A stretch of DNA of 64,000 nucleotides, taken from positions 15,580 through 79,579 of the forward strand of contig JAQGDQ010000932.1 of the NCBI GenBank assembly GCA_030141605.1, written 5' to 3'. Under the pieces are notes generated by a model. The model was not told the origin of the DNA and made no database searches. It saw only the letters and a program-made list of their open reading frames with translations. This document shows, piece by piece, positions 38,801-48,618 of this stretch (the stretch's first letter is position 1; each line of letters begins with the position of its first letter). The stretch is from Tubiluchus corallicola (taxonomy: Eukaryota > Animalia > Priapulida). Position numbers and translations under genes: made by a program.

Positions 38801-41800
38801 CGGAATTTCATCGAAGAAAATCCGCTGTGCGTCTGCAGCGGAGAGATTAGCCGTTTAAAAAAGTTGCTGACCGACACGGACGAGTGTAAATTAAAGCAAA
38901 AATCGGGAACGGTCATTCTCAAGTTATTTCAAGGTGCTTACTGCTTAGACGTGCGGATAGGAATACCGGACGACTATCCGCTAGAACCTATAGGGTGAGT
39001 AATGAGGACGAGATTAACAGCTGCGAAGCAATAATCTTGGTTGAACTCATAACCAGGACGGCTTGAGTACGTTGACAGGTGTGGTAGGACCAGAACGTAG
39101 GTAATTCTTAAGAAAGTCTTCAGCAGTGCAATCGTTATGCAGATGGCCGTCGACTTGAGACCACAGTTTCGCTTATAAAACGACTTAGTTGGAACCGCAT
39201 GGTCAAGCGTGCGCCCTCTACACGGGGAAGACATTGTGTTTACCACGTATTAAGTGTGGTGCCACCTATGATTAATTTATCAAAACATATAGTGATTTAA
39301 AGTTATTTTGTTTGAAAAAATAGAAATAAAATACTATTAATAGTTGGTTTTGTATAATGAACTAATTAGGTTGTGCTCGGGTCGCAAAGTCAGAGACTTG
39401 CAAGTCACATAGGTCGTGAGTCATCAGATACCCGTACATCATATCTTGAGTGAGCAATTGGCCCATTGGCAAATTCTGCGATGCTGATGCGGCTCAGCTA
39501 CAATTGTCTGTGTAGTACAGTCGACCCTCGTTAAACCGGACCCCGTTAGCCCGGATATCGGATAAGACGCACGTCATCCGTGGTAAAGGAAACTGACCGG
39601 TTTCCGACCGAGCCGGAGCGCTAAACACAACACGGCCTGCCAACTCACCACGAGCCATTGACGGGCCGAACCGGCTCGAGGTACCGCCCAGGCTGCTACG
39701 ATTCTCGCCAAAATTCAGTTTGCTTACCCCATCGAAAGCACTCGCTAATTTCTTTATCCTCACAGATTAACTATTTTAAAGTAATATACAGTATAGTATA
39801 TAGTGCACTGTATATAGGCCTTATTAAGGTGATTATTCCTGTATAATATAGACTATATATAGCATATCAGATGAATCGGACAATCAGCTAAACCGGACCA
39901 CCCACCCACCCCCCAATTAGTCTGGTTTAATGAGGGTTGACTGTAGTTAGAACCGGACACTAAATCACCTGTCTATGACACACTGATAAGGTGCACAAGC
40001 TGGCAGCCAAATGTGAGAACTTTAACGTTCAATTCAAGCCTTCAATTCAAATAAGCCTTTTCGCAGTTTCGTTGCTGTAGGTCAAAGGTTAAGCAGTAAA
40101 CGTACGGTCAAAGGTTAAGCGGTCAAAGGTAGGAGGGTAAGGTACCACAAACTCAACTACAACCATCACATTATGGGGGTAAAGCGAAGCCATCTGTCGC
40201 ATCAGTTCGGTAACTTCAGTTGCTTTACGTGGACTTTATTTAATTATGCATTAGTCTGTGTGTAGAGTGATTTACTAGCAGGATCTTGGTTTTGGAATAA
40301 GAAGCAATGGACTCTAAGGTTCTAGCTAACTGTTAAAACTGTTACTATTACAATAACATGGGCTGCGAGACGTTGTCAAGTGTACACAAATGCATTGTCT
40401 GGATCACTTAACGTTTGACCTTTTCATGATCGTCATAAATCGCAGGAAGTGTGAAAAGGCTTATAGACGTTAAACATGTTTGATTTGATTTGAATTCTTC
40501 TTCTCAATTTGATAGACAATCCTTAAAAAATCACTTTGCGGCCTCGTGAATCCCATTTGGCTAGCCGATGGTCATGTTATGTCTACTTACTTGCTGTACT
40601 CTGCATTAAAGGAAGACCGGACGATTGTTTAGACTCAATCTCATTTTAATTTACTGTATAAAATATATATTTTCTTACCTATAAAAGTTAACAATCGTTT
40701 CTTGTATTTGAATAATTAGCTAAGGAAGTTAATTAACGGCAACCGAACACAGCTATTGCTTACATCCGAAACTAACTACAGTTTGTGCAATGGTGGGCAT
40801 CTTCCCTTGCGCATCAAACACATTTGCATAAGTGTTGCAGTATTGCTTAAATGCATGATGTCACGAAAATGGGCTTTACATCATACGACATCGCGAAACT
40901 AACGCAGCAGTTCATGATCATGCTTATCACGGTACCGCCTTCTATTTGTCGGCCGCGCCCCACATGTGACAAAATGTTGCCAATCTTAGTAGCTTCACTG
41001 AGCCGCGCCTAGCTTTGAAAGTCTAACAAAATTTGAGTATCCGAGATAATTATTATTTAATCTTAGCTTTGATTTAAAATAAGCTATTGTAGTTTTCAAT
41101 ATTTTAGAGCATTCTTTATTGTGAACTCGTGTTTACACAGTCATCCGGTTTTCCATTAAGGATACTAATGACTCGGCTGCAGTCACTAAAGTCACTAAAT
41201 GTTACTAATGTCACTAATGTTACTAATGTATGTCACTAAATGTTACTAATGCGTGTCACTAAATTTTACTAATGTCACTAAATTTTACTAATGTCACTAA
41301 ATGTTACTATTGTCACTAATGTCACTAAATGTTACTAATGTCACTAATGTTACTAATGTCACTGAAGTGAGCTGCATAAGCATCGGAATGCCAACTAAAT
41401 TCTGTCTTTGTTTTACAGCATTGAATTCAAATCTTGTAATTTTCCGAACATGTTTGAACGGATGTTTAATGCGAATGCCGCAGAAATATCTCGACAGTGC
41501 ATCGAGCCTCCACTGAGAAAGAAGCCAAAGTAAGTACGCGAGAGACTTTACCATTACTATTATTATTATTATTATTTCTGTTATTATTATTGTTATTATT
41601 ATTTTTTATTTTATTTATATGGTAGGAGAATTAGATTATAGATGGTTTAGTATTTTTGTGTTTGTTTGTAATTAGTACATATAATTTGTGTGTGCGATTG
41701 TATGTGTGACATAAAAAGTTAAATTCAAAATTAAAATTCTGATATAATTTTTTTCGCTTTGGTAATTTCGCTTTTTATAATAATCATTTATATAATTACC

Positions 41801-44800
41801 AAAGCGAAAAGAATTATATCAGAATTTGAATTTTGAATTTAACTTTATTTCACGCTCACTGTTTACAGTATTATACATACAATCATACACAAATACCATT
41901 TACAAACAAACACTAAAATGTTAAACAATCTATAACCTAATTCTCTTAAATTAGCTAAACACACATTGAATTGAATTTTTGAATTTTGAAATTTGAATTT
42001 TTTGTTTAAAACGCGCCGAGTTTTAGTACAACACACTAAATATCGTACAGTAGCACTGTACTTCAGTTTTCGCTTTCGCAAACACGTGCGACACGCTCGC
42101 GGAATATTTTTGCTCTTGAAAATCACGTTAGTTTGTGATGTAATCATTAATTGGGCTTGCCCGCCGTTAATTAAGTTTTTAGTCTATTATCTGATTATCG
42201 GAAACGCTTTTCCAGTATTAATTGCGTTGAAATGTATACGGATGTGGGTGAATTTGAATGCTACACCAATTAAGAATTTTTTTGAATTTTTAATTCAACT
42301 TTTTATCCTACATTCAAGGTGTATTGTATAATCACATACAATCACGTAGTATATACATATAATCGCACACAAATTACAAGTACTCTTTACAAACAAACAC
42401 AAAATACTAAACCATCTATAACCTAATTCTTCTACCATATAAATAAAATAAAAAATAATAATCATGTATATAAGATTGATCGCTATTTAGCATGTATACT
42501 TGACGTGTACCTAATATCACTGTTACACAGCTGGTTCACAATAGCGTTACTACTGTTTATTATCCTGATATACAAGCTAAACACACATTTACTTACATAC
42601 AGGCTAAACACACTTTCTTACATACAGGCTAAACACACTATTACTTACATACAGGCTAGACACACATTTACTTACATACAGGCTAGACACACATTTACTT
42701 ACATACAGGCTAAACACACATTTACTTACATACAGGCTAAACACACATTTACTTACATACAGGCTAAACACACATTTACTTACATACAGGCTAGACATAC
42801 ATTTACTTACATACAGGCCCGTGGCAATTGTTAGTATATGTAGTTTGTACTAGAGAGAAAAGAAATATATAAGAAAGTGAAAAAGGAAAAGGTAAGGTAG
42901 GTCAGCAAGAATAGGACAGCATTAAAAAAAAGTAGTTTGGAGAAAGAGGGTCATGGGAGCAGGTTCACACATCATAGCTTTAGTTTTTTGAGAGGTGATT
43001 TTATTTCATTTTTGTAAAAGTGTAATTAGTAATTATAAATGGTTGTGCTAATGGAGAGAATTTTTTATACTTATATTTATAATATTTTGCAAGCATGTTA
43101 TGAAGGAGTCATTTTATATACAAGAACATTTTAAACAGTGATGCAAACTTTCCTTCTGTAATTAGACGTCATTGGCGTATTTGTTATATCGTTAATTGTT
43201 TTTTTTGTTGTGTGTCATGAGTTATTGTATTATTTGTATTAATTTTTGATGTGTATATGAACTTTGTGAAGTTTGAAATAAAATATTAAATCTAAATCTA
43301 AATTATCTTTAATATGCAATATTATTCTTTTGTGTGCTTGCAGAGACTTGCCGTTTGAACCGAAACCATCACTCTATCCCGTTGCTGAATATTTGATCCG
43401 GGATTGTGTCAAGTATTGTCCCGTACAGATCTGCGCACTGTGCAAGCAAAAGTGCTTCCCGGATGATCCAAAAGTGAGTAGAAAGCTTTACAAAAACCTG
43501 GCTTCTTGATCCGAGTTGCCTTAATCTAAGTAGAACAACAATATTTGTATAAATGCACCCCAGCAGACTCGGTTATAAAATCTGAAAAAAAATTGCACTT
43601 CCACTTGGTGTTCGAACCCAGGGCCTTCTGCTATCCAGGCAGCTCTGCTAACCGCTACACCACAGGGGTACTCGGGGCCTGAATTTTTCGTTTTATTTTG
43701 CCAGAATCTGAGCAGATTCTAGGCCATCACTTTCCAGTGAGTTAAGAATTGAAATATGTCGAATTATGGTTATTGAAACAGTAAAGATTGAATTTTACTG
43801 AAAGTGATTTATTATGAGAATTAATCACTATCAGTGCCGATGTCTTTTTCAAAATGAGACCTAAGATCTCAGAACAGTTTAGTTTACTTGCCTTTATCCA
43901 GATGCTTATAATATACACTAGTTGCCGCTTAATAGACTCACAGTTAATAGAATCAATCGCTTAATTAACTCAAAAACATCTGGAACTGGCAGCTTCTGTT
44001 CAGATATACATAAAAACTTTCGGTTATTGACTCAAATAACTCTGCATAATTGACTCAATATTTTTCTTTCGCAAGACACTTTTGTGTGACTAATAAGCTT
44101 TAATGACTTTCGTATCATTTTAATTTGGTTTTTTTTCTTATAATATACGTAGAAACAATCATGTTAAGTACCGTTTTGTTTGTAAGCAGGAACGTTCATC
44201 ATAAGCTAATACGCTAGCCTAATGGTTTCTTTGACCCGCCTGTCCACTGCAATTAGCCTCGTTACCCAAGAATTTCTGGACGCTAAACATTTAATCTCTT
44301 GTCTAGTGGTTTCCTTTTGAAGCTCTCGTTGCAAATCACGTTTTCAAACTTAATCAGTTACAACCAAAGATGCAGGTACAGTAATCAGCCAGTATTCCTT
44401 CATCCAGTAATCAGCCAATAAAAATGAAGTAGTCCACTTTGAAGGATTTTTTGTAATTTTTGCAAATAAACAGACGTGTAATTTAGAAAAGTATACTTTT
44501 TAATTTATAGCTAGTTCACTTATACAAATTAATATTTCAAACTTGTATACTTGTATACCAGTAATACTACACCCATCGGTTAATAGGTTTTATATAAATT
44601 TAAGTGTACTGACATTAAATGCATTTTACTTCAATTCCAACAGCATTTTCTTAAGGAACAGTACTTTTCTTGGGAGGGAGAATCAATACTAAACTGGTGG
44701 AAAGGAATGATAGCAAAGTTAGAAGTGCAATACTCGCCCCTTCACCAACCCATGCTGTGTCGCTTTTGAAGCTCTAGCTGTCTTTGCCAGAAAGTTTGAT

Positions 44801-47800
44801 CAGTTAGCTGTTGTTATTATGCCAGGACTGCAGGAACAGTGTAGTAAGTACGTCACAATTATAGCAAGCTGGAGCTTAGGCGAAACTACAGAGGAAGCTC
44901 CTCGCGGGTAAACACGTGCACCACCAACAGCTTAAGCACGCCAAACACTAAATATTTTATGAGAATTTGTGTATCATACAACAACAGATTTTCAACGTTT
45001 TTATCATTATGAGACCTTTGTGAGCCAACTTCTTCGTGATAAAATGGGGCAGACGATTTTGAAGGAATTTTTGTGAATTTTCCAAATAAACAGACTGATC
45101 TGATTTAGAAAAGTATACTTTTTAATTTATTGCTAATTCACTTACATAAACTTATATTTTAAAATGTATTTTTTTTAATTTTTAACTGCACATCACAAGT
45201 TAGAAGAGTTAGCATCGAAAATAAACGGCATTTGACCCCTGTGACAATACCATAACCTAGTGCAGGCATCTTTCCAACATAACTGTTTTCGTCATTTAAT
45301 TAGACCGGTTCATTGTTATTGCTGAAAAGTGTCTTGTTGGCATAACTAACAGCTACAACAACGTAATTTGAATAAGTACATTAAGTGTACAAATGCTTTA
45401 TCTATTAACTGTTGACCATTATCTAGGCAAATATTATAGTTATTGACTAAAGCTAAAACAGAACAATTAGCATGAATGGTGGACAAAGCACTTATCACAG
45501 ACACATGCAAACAATTACAAACACGAAAAAACATCAGGTGTGACCTGGTTTCGTTCGCATCACACCTGCGTAAAGCGACATCTGTTGGCAGAAGACTTTC
45601 AGGTTCACAAAGTTAGAATGCTTTTATGACATTAACAGAGAATTGATGGGCATCGACTGCATAAAGCGACACCTGTTGGCAGAAGACAGATATGACAAAG
45701 GGACACTGAGTTTGTTAGAGTTTTATGACACTAACAGAGAATTGATGGGCGTCGACTGCATAAAGCGACACCTGTTGGCAGAAGACATCCAAATATGACA
45801 AAGGGACACTGAATTTGTTAGAGAGTTTTTATGACACTAACAGAGAATTGATGGGCGTCGACTGCATAAAGCGACATCTGTTGGCAGAAGACTTTCAGAT
45901 TCTCAAAGTTAGAATGTTTTAACGGCATTAACAGAGAATTGATGGGCGTTGACTGCATAAAGCGACATCTGATGGCAGAAGACATCCAAATTTGACAAAG
46001 GGACACTGAGTTTGCTAGAGAGTTTTTATGACATTAACAGAGAATTGATGGGCGTTGACTGCATAAAGCGACATCTGATGGCAGAAGACATCCAAATTTG
46101 ACAAAGGGACACTGAGTTTGCTAGAGAGTTTTTATGACATTAACAGAGAATTGATGGGCGTTGACTGCATAAAGCGACATCTGATGGCAGAAGACATCCA
46201 AATTTGACAAAGGGACACTGAGTTTGCTAGAGAGTTTTTATGACATTAACAGAGAATTGATGGGCGTCGACTGCATAAAGCGACATCTGTTGGCAGAAGA
46301 CATCCATATTTGAAAAAAGGGACACTGAGTTTGCTAGAGAGTTTTTATGACACTAACAGAGAATTGATGGGCGTCGACTGCATAAAGCGACATCTGTTGG
46401 CAGAAGACTTTCAGATTCTCAAAGTTAGAATGTTTTAACGGCATTAACAGAGAATTGATGGGCGTCGACTGCATAAAGCGACATCTGTTGGCAGAAGACA
46501 TCCATATTTGAAAAAAGGGACACTGAATTTGCTAGAGAGTTTTTATGACATTAACAGAGAATTGATGGGCGTTGACTGCATAAAGCGACATCTGATGGCA
46601 GAAGACATCCAAATTTGACAAAGGGACACTGAGTTTGCTAGAGAGTTTTTATGACATTAACAGAGAATTGATGGGCGTCGACTGCATAAAGCGACATCTG
46701 TTGGCAGAAGACATCCATATTTGAAAAAAGGGACACTGAGTTTGCTAGAGAGTTTTTATGACACTAACAGAGAATTGATGGGCGTCGACTGCATAAAGCG
46801 ACATCTGTTGGCAGAAGACTTTCAGATTCTCAAAGTTAGAATGTTTTAACGGCATTAACAGACAATTGATGGGCGTCGACTGCATAAAGCGACATCTGTT
46901 GGCAGAAGACATCCATATTTGAAAAAAGGGACACTGAATTTGCTAGAGAGTTTTTATGACATTAACAGAGAATTGATGGGCGTCGACTACATAAAGCGAC
47001 ACCTGTTGGCAGAAGACATCCATATTTGAAAAAAGGGACACTGAATTTGCTAGAGAGTTTTTATGACATTAACAGAGAATTGATGGGCGTCGACTGCATA
47101 AAGCGACATCTGTTGGCAGAAGACATCCATATTTGAAAAAAGGGACACTGAATTTGCTAGAGAGTTTTTATGACATTAACAGAGAATTGATGGGCGTCGA
47201 CTGCATAAAGCGACATCTTATTGCACTTCAGTTCTTATTGTTTATCGAAATCGTATCGCAAATCCTTATCGTTTATCGAAATCGTATCGCAAATCCTTAT
47301 CGTTTATCGAAATCGTATCGCAAATCCTTATCGTTTATCGAAATTGTATCGCACGTCTTTATCGTTTATCGAAATTGTATCGCAATTCTTGTATCAATTC
47401 TTATTGCTACTAGAAACGTTTAAAACAAGATTCCTTAAAGATGTCGAAGTGGCTAAAAGAAGAAGGTTTAAACATGACTGCTCTCCACAACGTAACGTAT
47501 ATGAATGAAAGTGACATTTTTACTCGGAACACTGGTATCAGTAACCCCGGTACCACAATCATTTGCATCATCAAAGTTGTGTTCAACCTGCTCGGTGTTT
47601 ATGTCACTGTTTCAAATTTGCTAGTCGTCGTCGCTGTCATTAAATATAGGAACTTGCAGAGTATTTCAAACTGGTTGGTGCTTAGCTTGGCATTGGCGGA
47701 CGCAATTGTCGGCATAGCGGTAGTTCTGTTTTCTGTCGTGATGTTACAGAATGACTCTCCTGTTCCGATCCGTGCTTGTTTACTCGTGAATGTTTTATTG

Positions 47801-48550
47801 TTGATGTGCTCTTGTTGTTCCATGGTAACTATTGCCTCGATTTCGGTCGAACGTTACATTGCCGTAGCGCATCCGTTTCTCTATCCACGAGTTATCCAAT
47901 CTCGACGTGTTTTTGCCGCGATCGTTACGACGTGGATATATTCCATTTCCTACGCACTGATGTCTCTGTATAATCATCGTATAACAAGTCCACGCGTCTG
48001 TTGTTCGCTTCATAATATGATGGATCCCGCATACTTCAGATTTGCCAGCTTCACCGGCTTCATGTTGATGGCAATGCTCGCCGCTGCCTACGCCAGAATC
48101 ATGCTAATTGCAAGACGCCACCAACGGCAGATTCAATCAAGTTTGCAACAGCCAAGTTCTCAACTTCTGCAGAATATCAAAGCTGCAAAGATAATGCTCA
48201 TCATTACCGGGACAGTTGTCATTTGCTGGACACCCGTTAATATAAGTTTCTTGTTTTTGGTGAAATCAGTGCGTGGAAAGGAATATTTATATGTGGAAGT
48301 TTTCTGCTATGTATTGGCTTGTATAAACTCGATGGCTAATCCACTAATTTACGCTTGGAAACACGAAAATTTTAAGACAGCTTTCACGCACATATTGAAG
48401 TGCAAAAAGGGACGACCGCGTTTCAGCTCTTGGTGACTCGGCTTTTTTCTTTCCTCGTTGGGAAAATTAGCAATCTTTAATTTTGCCAATTAACATTAAA
48501 ATAAATTGTATATATTGTATACATATACATATACATGCATATATACATAT

Positions 48551-48618
<68 letters not shown>

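Noticed and set aside
43599-43668. Functional tRNA-Ser(GGA)
   Set aside because: Poor acceptor stem, no long variable arm and an atypical anticodon; treated as a pseudogene or SINE head.
45570-47219. CRISPR array
   Set aside because: The spacers are only two recurring variants, the core is too long, there are no cas genes, and the context is a eukaryotic intron.
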